30,396 bases of DNA from positions 1 to 30,396 of the IMG/VR virus record IMGVR_UViG_3300032243_000488, one strand, 5' to 3'. How positions within the stretch are numbered: position 1 is the first letter of the stretch; every line of letters begins with the position of its first letter. The notes below the pieces were generated by a model. That model made no database searches. It was given only the letters and a program-made list of their open reading frames with translations, and was not told where the DNA came from. The position numbers and the translations under genes were made by a program. The DNA is from a virus. Its lineage: Duplodnaviria > Caudoviricetes. Shown one piece after another: positions 1-8,804 of the stretch.

Positions 1-123
1 ACCAGTTAAAACTATATTATAGTTTCCTCCTCGTTGATAAACCATGTCGGTTGATCTTCTTAATTGTGTGTTGTTGTTTAGACCGTTAGCGTATAAACTT
101 TGGTATCCAAATGCCATATTATA
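1..123. repeat. Terminal direct repeat, left copy (identical to 30274..30396); circular-contig overlap
   Basis: accagttaaaactat...aatgccatattata is present at both ends; it contains the first 39 codons of the 28789..30390 gene. Confidence 0.97.
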
Positions 124-604
124 TTCCTGTTATTGCGTTGATCAAATCTTCATAAGCTGCATCACCTAATAGATTTGTTATTCTTTCATCCGCCATTATC
201 TTTTCAATTGATATGTCCAAGAAGTTAGCGGGTCTTATTCCAAATTTCTTTATGTTCTTTTGTATGGCGAAGGCGAAACTTTTGTCTGTCATAAATTTAC
301 CCTTTTTATCTCTACCTTTTAAGCCTCTTTGTTTAATCCATTTAATTAATGATCCAACTGGTACATATCCTTTTCCTGGTACCCTACCTGATTGAACCCA
401 TTGACCATATTCCGCCATAAGTACTTGAAGTTCAGTTACACCATTATTAGTTTTAGTTTGAACCTCAACGCTCCTTGCTAATGTACCTGAAGATACTTTA
501 TTACCAATACCTTTATACTTATCGAAACCAAATTGGTATCGTTTCTCATATAAAGATTGTCTAATTATATCTTCTAATATTGGTGCTATAGCTTCTAAAT
601 CCAT
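119..604 (-). CDS. Putative neck/tail-completion protein (HK97 gp10 / Mu gpG-like)
   Basis: SGTLARS, YGQWV..GR.PG, L.KWIK.RG and AFAI..NI...GI.P..F motifs typical of virion morphogenesis proteins; its stop is 1 nt from the next ATG across the circular junction. Confidence 0.6.
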   Translation of the reverse strand: MDLEAIAPILEDIIRQSLYEKRYQFGFDKYKGIGNKVSSGTLARSVEVQTKTNNGVTELQVLMAEYGQWVQSGRVPGKGYVPVGSLIKWIKQRGLKGRDKKGKFMTDKSFAFAIQKNIKKFGIRPANFLDISIEKIMADERITNLLGDAAYEDLINAITGI

Positions 605-684
605 TATTCTTGATTTGGTAATTCAGGTGGTAATGGTGTTGGGAACGGAGTTGGTTCGGGGGTTATTGTATATTGTATTTCCAT
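604..684 (-). CDS. 26-aa Pro/Thr-rich micro-ORF MEIQYTITPEPTPFPTPLPPELPNQE (not in the ORF track)
   Basis: ATG at 684 after an A-rich leader; TAATG overlap with the ATG of 119..604; fills the intergenic gap. Confidence 0.7.
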   Translation of the reverse strand: MEIQYTITPEPTPFPTPLPPELPNQE

Positions 685-700
685 ATTATTTAATTTTATT

Positions 701-3700
701 TTATAAACTTTGCCATCCAAATGGTGATGTTCCACCATAATAAGCTAATATATATGATGTTCCATCAAAAAATACTCTTAAATCACCAAAGTTTCCTGCT
801 GGATATGTTACAGCACTACCTGATGTTGGTAGAATGTTTATTAATTCTTTTACATTTAATGTATTTCTAATATCAGTTGTTGCATTAATCTGTAATGTTT
901 GATTTGCTACAGTACTGTTAAATGTTCCATATAATAATGAACCACTTCTCATGTCGTTTAATGTACCTCTATTTTGGTTGTCAAGATAAAATGTATTACT
1001 ACCTGTTTCATAACGACCAGCGTTACCACCAATTGTAATATTACCTGAACCACTTACGTTTGTATATAAACCAGTATTACCTATTGATATGTTGTTTGAA
1101 CCTGATTGATTAAAGAACTGACTATCATAACCAAACGCAATATTATCAGCACCAATTACATTTGATGATAAAGCGGTTGCACCAACTGCGGTATTACCAC
1201 CACCAAATTTGTTATTTACTAATGAATTTAAACCAATTGCAGTATTTAATGAACCTGAAATATTTTCTCTAAGTGCTGAACTACCAATTGCAATGTTACC
1301 AGCACCTGTTGTATTTCTAAATAATGTTGTTGAACCGATTGCAAAGTTATTTGATGCAATATTATCTCTTAAACTATTATCACCAATTGCAACGTTATTT
1401 GAACCACTAATGTTATTTAACATTGCGTTTGCACCAATAGCGGTATTTGATCCACCTATTGTATTAAAATATAAAGCAGCATATCCTAACGCTGTATTAT
1501 TAACACTTGATGATGATGCAAATTTTAAAGCATCCTCACCATACGCTAAGTTATTCAAAACATTACCAGTTCCTCTATTATATGTTGAACCTGTTACAAT
1601 TAATGAACCACTTACACGTAATGAACCTGTAACTATTTGTGTAGTTCCAATAGAACCTGTTGTTATTAAACCATTTCTATCGCTTGGTGTAATAACTACA
1701 TCATTCAATGTTAATGAACCTGATATTAAAACTGAACCCGTAATTCTTGTATTATTTGTATTATCAACGTGTATAGCGTTTCTTCTTGCGTTCGCTGCTG
1801 TTCCTGTCCCTACAACAAATACTGCATCATTTGTACTTTCTTGTAATGAACCTGTTGCATTAAATCTACCAAAGAACGCTGAACCACCCGCTAAAGTTGA
1901 TGTATGTGAACCTGATACAGCTAAGCTACTACCAAATATTACGGTTGATACTAAGTTTGCTGCAGATGATGAAACATAAGATGATGATACAATTATATTA
2001 TTACCACCAATTAAGTTATTGGTAAAAGTTCTTGATACGTTTGATGATTGTGAACCTGACACATATACACCGTGTGCTGTTCCATTATTACCTCCAACAA
2101 ATATATTATTATTAATTGTTATGTTATTATTTGCAATTGCTGAAGAACTTATATGGTTATTAACAGTAACTGGTGTATTATTAAAGTTATTTGAATAGTT
2201 GATTGAACTACTAATATGGTTTAATGTAATTTGACTATTAACAATATTAGCACCAATACTTACTTTAGTACTTTCTATATTATTTTGTGTAGATGTAATA
2301 CTACCACCATTAACTAAATTACTTGTTAAGTTTAACGAACCACTTTGACTATTGATTGTTAAAGCGCCAGCATTAACAATATTAGTATTAATTAAAGGAT
2401 GTCCACCAACTAAAGAAGATGTAATAAAGTTCATACTTATTTGTGAACCATTATTAACAATATTACCTGTTGTTTTAGGAAATAATAATGAACCTGTATT
2501 TAAGTATATTGATGAATTATTACCAAAAATAATATTATCAGAACCTGATATATAACCTTGTTGGTCAGCACTACCACCTTGTGCTGTGGCTCTTAATAAT
2601 GGTAATGTAACAATATTATTTGAACCTGTAATTCTTAATGAACCTGTATAATTTGCTTGAGTTGTACCAGGTCCACCAGCTGTAGGATTATCTCCCCAAC
2701 CTCTAATGATATTAACTTGTCCTGCTTGTGAACTTGTTAAATAGGTGTCAGGTTGAACTGTTGTATTAAGTGATAAATTATATAAATTACCATCTGAATA
2801 TAATGAACCTGTTACACCAACGTTTTTTGTTGCGTTCCATACTGAACCAGTTAGTGCAAATATACTATCTCCACTTGTTCCTGATGAACCACTTGAACCT
2901 GAACTACCACTACTACCTGAGGTTCCACTTGAACCACTAGAACCTGATGTTCCCGAAGAACCATTACTTCCACTCGTTCCTGACGTACCAGATGTACCAC
3001 TTGTACCCGATGGAGTTGTTGTTATAATAAATAATACATTATCATTACCAGAAAATTGATGTGTTGCTGAAATTAATGTAATAGCATAAGTCCAATATGT
3101 TGTATTATCAGTTTTTGTTCCTAATTGCCATACTTGATAGTTACTTTGATTTGTTTTGTCTTGTATTGTAATAACAGAACCTGAACCTAAATTACCTAAA
3201 AATATATCAACATTATTATTTTGTTGATCTTGGTCACTTACATTTAAAAATGTTGCACCTGTTTGTGGTGATTGGTTCCAAGTAATATATCCTGAACCTG
3301 GTGCATTAAATGAAACTGTCTTTGCTTGATAGTTAAAGAATGAGTTAGATACACCTGATGAACCTGATGTTCCACTACTACCACTCGTACCACTACTACC
3401 GTTACTACCACTTGTTCCTGATGTTCCTGATGAACCACTAGAACCTGATGTACCACTACTTCCACTTGAACCTGAAGTTCCACTACTACCACTACTACCT
3501 GATGTTCCTGATGTACCACTAGTTCCTGAAGAACCTGCAGCACTAAACACAGTCCACCATGCTGGTTGAATTGATGGTATTTTATTTAAATTACTACCTT
3601 GAATTGATACATATGATTGTCCATTATAAGTTACAACATCATTTATTTTATATGTTACTGTATTATCCCAAAGACCATTATATACAAATCCATTTCCACT

Positions 3701-3973
3701 ACTTCCTGATGTTCCACTAGTTCCACTACTACCACTTGTACCTGAACTTCCTGATGTTCCTGATGTACCTGATGATGCACCATAAATTGGAACACCATTA
3801 ACATATAATGAACCTGAGATATTCACCTGAGTTAAACTCATTTGTAATGGAGAATTATCACCATCACCTGTTTGAACTGTTTGTAATGTGTTTGTTAATC
3901 CGTTGGTACTATCGGTCATTTTCAATAAACCTTGAAACGAACTACTTACATATAAATTATTTAATTGAGCCAT
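701..3973 (-). CDS. Long fibre/adhesin: Gly-X-Y (GTS/GSS) repeats, CBM5/12-like module, TGSL.I repeats, 14-aa N.A.G..AL beta-roll repeats
   Basis: 1090 aa; three SGTSGSSG blocks; WDNTVTYKINDVVTYNGQSY...P.WW module; many NTAIG-type repeats like trimeric adhesin heads. Confidence 0.75.
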   Translation of the reverse strand: MAQLNNLYVSSSFQGLLKMTDSTNGLTNTLQTVQTGDGDNSPLQMSLTQVNISGSLYVNGVPIYGASSGTSGTSGSSGTSGSSGTSGTSGSSGNGFVYNGLWDNTVTYKINDVVTYNGQSYVSIQGSNLNKIPSIQPAWWTVFSAAGSSGTSGTSGTSGSSGSSGTSGSSGSSGTSGSSGSSGTSGTSGSNGSSGTSGSSGTSGSSGVSNSFFNYQAKTVSFNAPGSGYITWNQSPQTGATFLNVSDQDQQNNNVDIFLGNLGSGSVITIQDKTNQSNYQVWQLGTKTDNTTYWTYAITLISATHQFSGNDNVLFIITTTPSGTSGTSGTSGTSGSNGSSGTSGSSGSSGTSGSSGSSGSSGSSGTSGDSIFALTGSVWNATKNVGVTGSLYSDGNLYNLSLNTTVQPDTYLTSSQAGQVNIIRGWGDNPTAGGPGTTQANYTGSLRITGSNNIVTLPLLRATAQGGSADQQGYISGSDNIIFGNNSSIYLNTGSLLFPKTTGNIVNNGSQISMNFITSSLVGGHPLINTNIVNAGALTINSQSGSLNLTSNLVNGGSITSTQNNIESTKVSIGANIVNSQITLNHISSSINYSNNFNNTPVTVNNHISSSAIANNNITINNNIFVGGNNGTAHGVYVSGSQSSNVSRTFTNNLIGGNNIIVSSSYVSSSAANLVSTVIFGSSLAVSGSHTSTLAGGSAFFGRFNATGSLQESTNDAVFVVGTGTAANARRNAIHVDNTNNTRITGSVLISGSLTLNDVVITPSDRNGLITTGSIGTTQIVTGSLRVSGSLIVTGSTYNRGTGNVLNNLAYGEDALKFASSSSVNNTALGYAALYFNTIGGSNTAIGANAMLNNISGSNNVAIGDNSLRDNIASNNFAIGSTTLFRNTTGAGNIAIGSSALRENISGSLNTAIGLNSLVNNKFGGGNTAVGATALSSNVIGADNIAFGYDSQFFNQSGSNNISIGNTGLYTNVSGSGNITIGGNAGRYETGSNTFYLDNQNRGTLNDMRSGSLLYGTFNSTVANQTLQINATTDIRNTLNVKELINILPTSGSAVTYPAGNFGDLRVFFDGTSYILAYYGGTSPFGWQSL
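2868..3778 (-). repeat. Three blocks of in-frame 9-bp Gly-Thr/Ser-Ser repeats (about 2868-3010, 3352-3537, 3695-3778)
   Basis: Recurrent cctgatgtt/ccactacta/ccacttgta units; Gly at every third residue. Confidence 0.9.
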
Positions 3974-3995
3974 GTTATTTTTTTATTTAATATTA

Positions 3996-5009
3996 TTATA
4001 CTATCTCCCATTGTTGTTTAACCTTTCTCCATAATTCATCCAATTCTTCCCAAGTTAAATTAGGGGAGAAGTTAGTCATTGGTAATACACATCTGTTATA
4101 ATCAAATTTCTGTTGAACTGATATATCAAATGTCCATCCTGCAAGAACTGTATCCGCTCTCTCTAACCAAGGAATTAATTGTGCATCCCATTCTAAATTA
4201 TAATCAGACAAATATGCTTTGGCATAAAAATCTTTGGCTATTTCTAATGTATCACTTAATACTTCGGGTTGATTTGATAAATCTTCCTCAACTTTATCAC
4301 ATATAATAACTGTCCAAGTTACCTTCATATAATTTGATTCTATAAAACTCTTATTTGGAATAAAATAAAATCTTGGATATTCAGGTTCTTTCTTTGTAAT
4401 TATATCCATGGTTAATTCGGTAGCATCACCAAATCCCCAACTTTTAATTTGTCTATGATGTATTGAAAATTGTTTCCAATCTTCTATAATTTGTTGATAA
4501 GATGAAAATTGATGATCTTGAATAAAGTTATAATCATCTGTAATAGGTAAATTACATTTACTATAATCAAATGGTGTACTTAAATGTATATGAATTGTCC
4601 ATCCTCCAACAACAGAATCAAATCTTTCTGTGAATGGTATAATATCTGGTCCTTTATCTCCTACTATAATTTGACTAAAATTACCATATTGAGAAGTATA
4701 AGACTGATAAAATACAGTCCAAACATCCTTAATAATCTCCAAAGTATCACTCATTATCTCTTTTAAATTAGATAAATCATCCTCAACTTTGTCCATAATT
4801 ACAATTGCAAAGTCATAATGTATATGATTTTGATTAAAATATACTGATTCAGGTACAACATACATCCTTGTATATTTTGGTTCTTGTTTGGTATTAACAT
4901 CCATCGTACATTGAGCAAGGTCTCCAAACCCAAATGAACTGATTTGTTCGTGGTGGTAAGCTATACTACTAAAGTATGTTAGGATTTGTTTGTAATTAAT
5001 CTGTATCAT
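3996..5009 (-). CDS. Putative tail terminator/completion-like protein with an internally duplicated domain
   Basis: The two halves align: HH.QI.S.GFGD...TMD..TK.EP.Y.R, DKVE.DLSN..E..SDTLEI.KD, P..ER.D.V..GWT, FDY..C.LP.T. Confidence 0.55.
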   Translation of the reverse strand: MIQINYKQILTYFSSIAYHHEQISSFGFGDLAQCTMDVNTKQEPKYTRMYVVPESVYFNQNHIHYDFAIVIMDKVEDDLSNLKEIMSDTLEIIKDVWTVFYQSYTSQYGNFSQIIVGDKGPDIIPFTERFDSVVGGWTIHIHLSTPFDYSKCNLPITDDYNFIQDHQFSSYQQIIEDWKQFSIHHRQIKSWGFGDATELTMDIITKKEPEYPRFYFIPNKSFIESNYMKVTWTVIICDKVEEDLSNQPEVLSDTLEIAKDFYAKAYLSDYNLEWDAQLIPWLERADTVLAGWTFDISVQQKFDYNRCVLPMTNFSPNLTWEELDELWRKVKQQWEIV

Positions 5010-5015
5010 CTCACA

Positions 5016-5023
5016 TATAAATA
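5016..5023 (-). promoter_or_regulatory. TATTTATA promoter-like motif
   Basis: Ends 6 nt upstream of ATG 5009; the same motif recurs before other transcription units. Confidence 0.55.
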
Positions 5024-5050
5024 TTAAAAAAGTTAGAACGTGCGGTCAAA

Positions 5051-5352
5051 TTATCCTTTTTGTTGTGCCTTTTTCTGTATCCTATCCTGTTCCCTATCAT
5101 ATGAAATAAGAAATGATAATTGATTCAACACCTCGTTTATGTTTTTTTCGTAGATGTGGTCGTGTTTTGTAAAATCATTTCCAGCAATTCTGTTTGTGAC
5201 AACGAACCAACCGAACGACTTTTGAAAATTAGTTTCCATATCATTTTCCTCATTTTCCAAATCAAGTTTATCTTGGTCCATATTGAGATACTCTGGATCA
5301 AAGATAGTTGGGTATAACCCGAATATCTCTTTGCGTAATTGATAAAAAAAAA
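5051..5352 (-). CDS. -1 frameshift extension of the tail assembly chaperone (gpGT-like C-terminus)
   Basis: The -1 frame is open from the T9 run: FFFYQLRKEIFGLYPTIFDPEYLNMDQDK...FQKSFGWF...QQKG*. Confidence 0.8.
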
Positions 5353-5868
5353 CTGTGCTCCTAACAAGTACTTACAATCTAATTTCTTTTTAAATAACTC
5401 TGACCGTTTAATCATTGTCTTTACATCATACTTCTCAATCTTAAAATCATGTTCTGAATTTTGTTCTATGATTGGTCTATACATTACTGCTGCAAGAATA
5501 TGTAACATACTTAATAATTCATCTTCCTTTTTGGTTGAGATGGTATCCATATCCACAAACTCTGCGTATGTTAAGTCTCTCCAATTAGGAAAGAAACCAT
5601 ATTTAATCCCATCTATCTCAAACTGATCTTGAAACTTTGGAACTTCTGTTGGTATCAATGACATTATATAAGCACTGATATAACTTAATTCCATATAGTC
5701 ACAGTTATATAAATCATCTAATGGTGCTCCTGTGATCATATTGATCAGTTTTGCTGCAAAATATTCATCAGTATATAAGTCTTTTACCTTATAAATCTTT
5801 GAATAACTTTCAAGAGATATATAATTTGGTACTTCATATTCTGTTTCTCCTACTTTAAATTTCATCAT
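5137..5868 (-). CDS. Tail assembly chaperone (gpG-like), likely start ATG 5868
   Basis: YGFFPNW..LTYAEFVDMD, LHIL.AV.YRP and GAQFFF slippery site; ATG 5868 lies just after the TerL stop. Confidence 0.75.
   Translation of the reverse strand: MMKFKVGETEYEVPNYISLESYSKIYKVKDLYTDEYFAAKLINMITGAPLDDLYNCDYMELSYISAYIMSLIPTEVPKFQDQFEIDGIKYGFFPNWRDLTYAEFVDMDTISTKKEDELLSMLHILAAVMYRPIIEQNSEHDFKIEKYDVKTMIKRSELFKKKLDCKYLLGAQFFFINYAKRYSGYTQLSLIQSISIWTKINLIWKMRKMIWKLIFKSRSVGSLSQTELLEMILQNTTTSTKKT
5344..5352 (-). promoter_or_regulatory. Slippery sequence (T9) for programmed -1 frameshift
   Basis: CAG TTT TTT TTT ATC; downstream stem 5285..5329 (GAGAUAUUC/GAGUAUCUC, extendable). Confidence 0.8.
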
Positions 5869-5869
5869 A

Positions 5870-7201
5870 TTATCTAACGAACGCAATTGAGTAGCGTCCT
5901 GAACTTTTTAAATTTTTAACTTCATAATACATCCTCAACATTATTGAGTCAGCAATATCGGGTGACCTATCTCCTAATATTCTTTTCATTTGGTCCTTAC
6001 CTATCACACCAACCCTACCATCTTTCTCTACATCCTTTAACTTGACTGCAAGTAATTGTTGTGTTAGTTCATCAACCATCACAGGGTCCATTACATTAAT
6101 ACTAATTTTTCCATTCTTAATCAAGTCTGAAAGTTTGACGTAACATTGACTCTTTAGATTGGTAAAGTTCTGTTCATGTAATGGTCTTGAGTTATTGACA
6201 AATGAACTACATCTTAACATATCTACTAATGGTCCACCTACTCCATCAGAGTCTGCTATAACTTGTTGAGGATGGATTCCATGTTTGGTTATTAAATCCT
6301 TTATGTGATTTGATAATGTTAATGTATCTACCTTATTATATTTTATTATTTCTACTATTGTTAATCCCACCCAAATTGATATGACTGTACTGTCTCCACC
6401 GAAACGTGCAACGTCAATACATATATACTTCTTTTCAGACGGATTGGGAGGGTTTCTATAACACGCTTGACTGATTGTATCAAAGTCAAACAGACTGTCT
6501 AATTCCTCGTTATAATTCCAATCACCGAGTAATAACCTTTTCCTCTGTTCTGATGGTAATGTATTTAACATATCCAAATAAGATTGTGGTAAATGTGGGT
6601 TGTCTAAAGGTAATGATGGGACAAATTTAATATTGTCTGGCAACCTTTCTTCTATTGATGGGATATAAAACTCCTTCTTAATAAAGTTCTGTGATGGGTT
6701 GGTCGTCATTAAAATCTTGCCAATCAAATTGTGTTCGTTCAGTTTAAACCTGATACGTGATTTAACGATGTTATACGCTGTTCTTGTAACCTGTGATGCT
6801 TCCTCAATAACAGCACAAGTAATTTCAAGACCCGCAAGACTATCAAAGTTCGGGTCGCTTGGTTTATATTCAAGGTCTTTAAGTATTATTTCTGATTTAT
6901 TATTAAATGTAATTGTATTACTCTGTCCGTTATAGTTGTAATGTTTCTCTGCTTCCATCCCACTCATCTTCATTACCTCAAATAAAGTATTAAGTGAGGT
7001 TTGTTTAAGTGATGATAATGTGGTTCTTCCTAATAAACATCTTATCCCTTGATACTTTATACACATAGCAACCAACCATAATGACGCTAACATAGACTTA
7101 CCTCCACCCGCTGAACCACCAAAACAAACTTCTGTTGTGGTACTATCCATCAGATATTCAAACGCTATAGTCTGTCTCTTTGTCAGTTTAATTGTGGACA
7201 T
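5870..7201 (-). CDS. terL: Terminase large subunit
   Basis: Q motif LTKRQ, Walker A GGSAGGGKS, Walker B AVIEEASQ, motif C TTNP, nuclease IDVARFGGDS and RSPDIADS. Confidence 0.95.
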   Translation of the reverse strand: MSTIKLTKRQTIAFEYLMDSTTTEVCFGGSAGGGKSMLASLWLVAMCIKYQGIRCLLGRTTLSSLKQTSLNTLFEVMKMSGMEAEKHYNYNGQSNTITFNNKSEIILKDLEYKPSDPNFDSLAGLEITCAVIEEASQVTRTAYNIVKSRIRFKLNEHNLIGKILMTTNPSQNFIKKEFYIPSIEERLPDNIKFVPSLPLDNPHLPQSYLDMLNTLPSEQRKRLLLGDWNYNEELDSLFDFDTISQACYRNPPNPSEKKYICIDVARFGGDSTVISIWVGLTIVEIIKYNKVDTLTLSNHIKDLITKHGIHPQQVIADSDGVGGPLVDMLRCSSFVNNSRPLHEQNFTNLKSQCYVKLSDLIKNGKISINVMDPVMVDELTQQLLAVKLKDVEKDGRVGVIGKDQMKRILGDRSPDIADSIMLRMYYEVKNLKSSGRYSIAFVR

Positions 7202-7769
7202 ATAATATTTTATTTACCTTACCAACTTTTGACATTGGATATTTCTTCATATAATCTTCTATAAATTTATAATCAGATTGTGCGTAGGTTGTATCCAAAG
7301 TTATTTTCTTACCCATATTAGTTTTAAACATATAACATCCTATATCTATCTTACCATACTTCAAATCACAATCCACCGGTATATATTCATCGTTTATCCA
7401 ATTATGTACCATTGAACAAAATACAAAGTGTTTCCCATCTCCCATCTCTAACATATTATCAACAAAGGTTGGTACATAGTAATTATCTTCCCCTGTCATA
7501 ATAGTCCATTCACTTGTTGATTCTTGTAACCCATAGTTTCTTGGTGTATGTCCCCAATCATTATATCTAATTGATAGATTGGTAAATCTTATACGATCGT
7601 CATTAATCACATTTAGGAACGAATTAAGACGGTCTAAGTTCTCATGAGGTATATTATCACCCACAACATGAATCTTCCAATTTTGGTTGGTTTGTGAAAG
7701 AATGGAACCTATTATCGTTATGAGATGATTTGTTCTATTGTATGTTGGTATGATAAACTCTATTCCCAT
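7188..7769 (-). CDS. Glycosyltransferase family 2 (GT-A fold), likely start ATG 7769
   Basis: FIIPTYNR, SILSQT..W.I.VV.D, WGHTPRNYGL, GEDNYY (DxD-equivalent) and D..F. Confidence 0.88.
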   Translation of the reverse strand: MGIEFIIPTYNRTNHLITIIGSILSQTNQNWKIHVVGDNIPHENLDRLNSFLNVINDDRIRFTNLSIRYNDWGHTPRNYGLQESTSEWTIMTGEDNYYVPTFVDNMLEMGDGKHFVFCSMVHNWINDEYIPVDCDLKYGKIDIGCYMFKTNMGKKITLDTTYAQSDYKFIEDYMKKYPMSKVGKVNKILYVHN

Positions 7770-7795
7770 AGTCAAAAACGAAATTTTAGGGGGGT

Positions 7796-8194
7796 TTAAT
7801 CCCTATCTAATACGATGTTAAGGTTTATCTCATTTCCATTAGAAGTTATGTCTATCTTCCTCGTACCCTCCAAAGAATGGATTTTAGCAATGTCCGCTAA
7901 TACCTCTCGTTCAGTTCTCTTATTATTATCATCTCTACATCTCTTTAATAGATCATATAGTTGGTTAAGATGGTTCTCTAATATTTCTTCTTGATCTTGT
8001 TTATATCTTTCTTTCAATCTTGTTCTTGCTTCCTTCCACAGATTTTCCGCCTGTCTTTCAGATACTTTAAATTCCTTTGCTGCCGCTGATGCAAATTCTC
8101 TATATGATAAATGATCATATAACATTAATTCATACACCCGTGACATTACTACCTCAAATTGTATCTCGTCTGTTTTTCTTCCTGCCTTTGCCAT
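7796..8194 (-). CDS. Putative terminase small subunit
   Basis: N-terminal HTH (FKVSERQAENLW), helical middle and C-terminal KIDITSNG.EI tail typical of TerS; upstream of terL. Confidence 0.7.
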   Translation of the reverse strand: MAKAGRKTDEIQFEVVMSRVYELMLYDHLSYREFASAAAKEFKVSERQAENLWKEARTRLKERYKQDQEEILENHLNQLYDLLKRCRDDNNKRTEREVLADIAKIHSLEGTRKIDITSNGNEINLNIVLDRD

Positions 8195-8523
8195 TATATT
8201 ACTTTTATGTTTAAATTATCATTTATATAGTTCTTTAACTTTCTTGCTTGAACTGATACACAACTTGGACAACCAAAATTAAAATCCTCATTGAATAAGA
8301 AACTATATACCTTATTTATAAATTCTCTTTTATCATCTACCCTATTTCCAAGTTCAACATAAGCAAGATGTATATCTTCTTTTGTTGGGATATATATATT
8401 CTCCTCTTCCATTAGTTCAGGTAATACAATTGGTTCTTTCTTCTTCTTACAAGATGTACAACCTTTTTTAGTCTTACCATTCGATTTTTTACTTTCTAAT
8501 AGTTCTTTTAATTGTTTATCCAT
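8194..8523 (-). CDS. Hypothetical Cys-motif protein (GCTSC, GCPSC)
   Basis: 109-aa ORF with a TAATG overlap to the next gene; two CxxC motifs. Confidence 0.7.
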   Translation of the reverse strand: MDKQLKELLESKKSNGKTKKGCTSCKKKKEPIVLPELMEEENIYIPTKEDIHLAYVELGNRVDDKREFINKVYSFLFNEDFNFGCPSCVSVQARKLKNYINDNLNIKVI

Positions 8524-8524
8524 A

Positions 8525-8599
8525 TTAATTTGTTTTAATTGGTTCAGGTGTTGGTTGTGGTGTTATTACTATTGGTGGTTTTTTACAATTACATCCCAT
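8525..8599 (-). CDS. 24-aa micro-ORF MGCNCKKPPIVITPQPTPEPIKTN (not in the ORF track)
   Basis: ATG 8599 overlaps the end of 8589..8804; the stop is 1 nt before ATG 8523. Confidence 0.7.
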   Translation of the reverse strand: MGCNCKKPPIVITPQPTPEPIKTN

Positions 8600-8804
8600 G
8601 ACTTAGTGGTGTTACTGGTTTAATGAAAAACTCATCCATATTATCAAATGAGTCGTTTATTCTTAATTCTTTTGATTTATTTGATATATATTCTTCCATT
8701 TCTTGTTCTGTTGGAATATTCAATTCTCTTTGAGGAATATATATTCCTTTCTTCTTATCCCTTTCCATCTTTCTTCTCCATCTTCTTTGATCTGTACTAC
8801 TCAT
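8589..8804 (-). CDS. Hypothetical protein with a basic N-terminus
   Basis: 71-aa ORF overlapping both neighbours in the operon. Confidence 0.65.
   Translation of the reverse strand: MSSTDQRRWRRKMERDKKKGIYIPQRELNIPTEQEMEEYISNKSKELRINDSFDNMDEFFIKPVTPLSHGM

Noticed and set aside
1-123. Physical terminal repeat of the virion DNA
   Set aside because: The repeat falls inside a coding gene and is the size of an assembly overlap; it is better explained by a circular or permuted contig
1209-1979. 256-aa plus-strand ORF
   Set aside because: Antisense shadow of the repetitive fibre gene with no expression signals; the same applies to the other plus-strand ORFs nested in minus-strand genes
2868-3778. 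CRISPR array or DGR repeat
   Set aside because: The repeats are degenerate in-frame codon repeats with no spacers; no cas or reverse transcriptase gene is present
5051-5281. Independent 76-aa gene
   Set aside because: The frame is open upstream to the slippery site, so it is better explained as the frameshift extension
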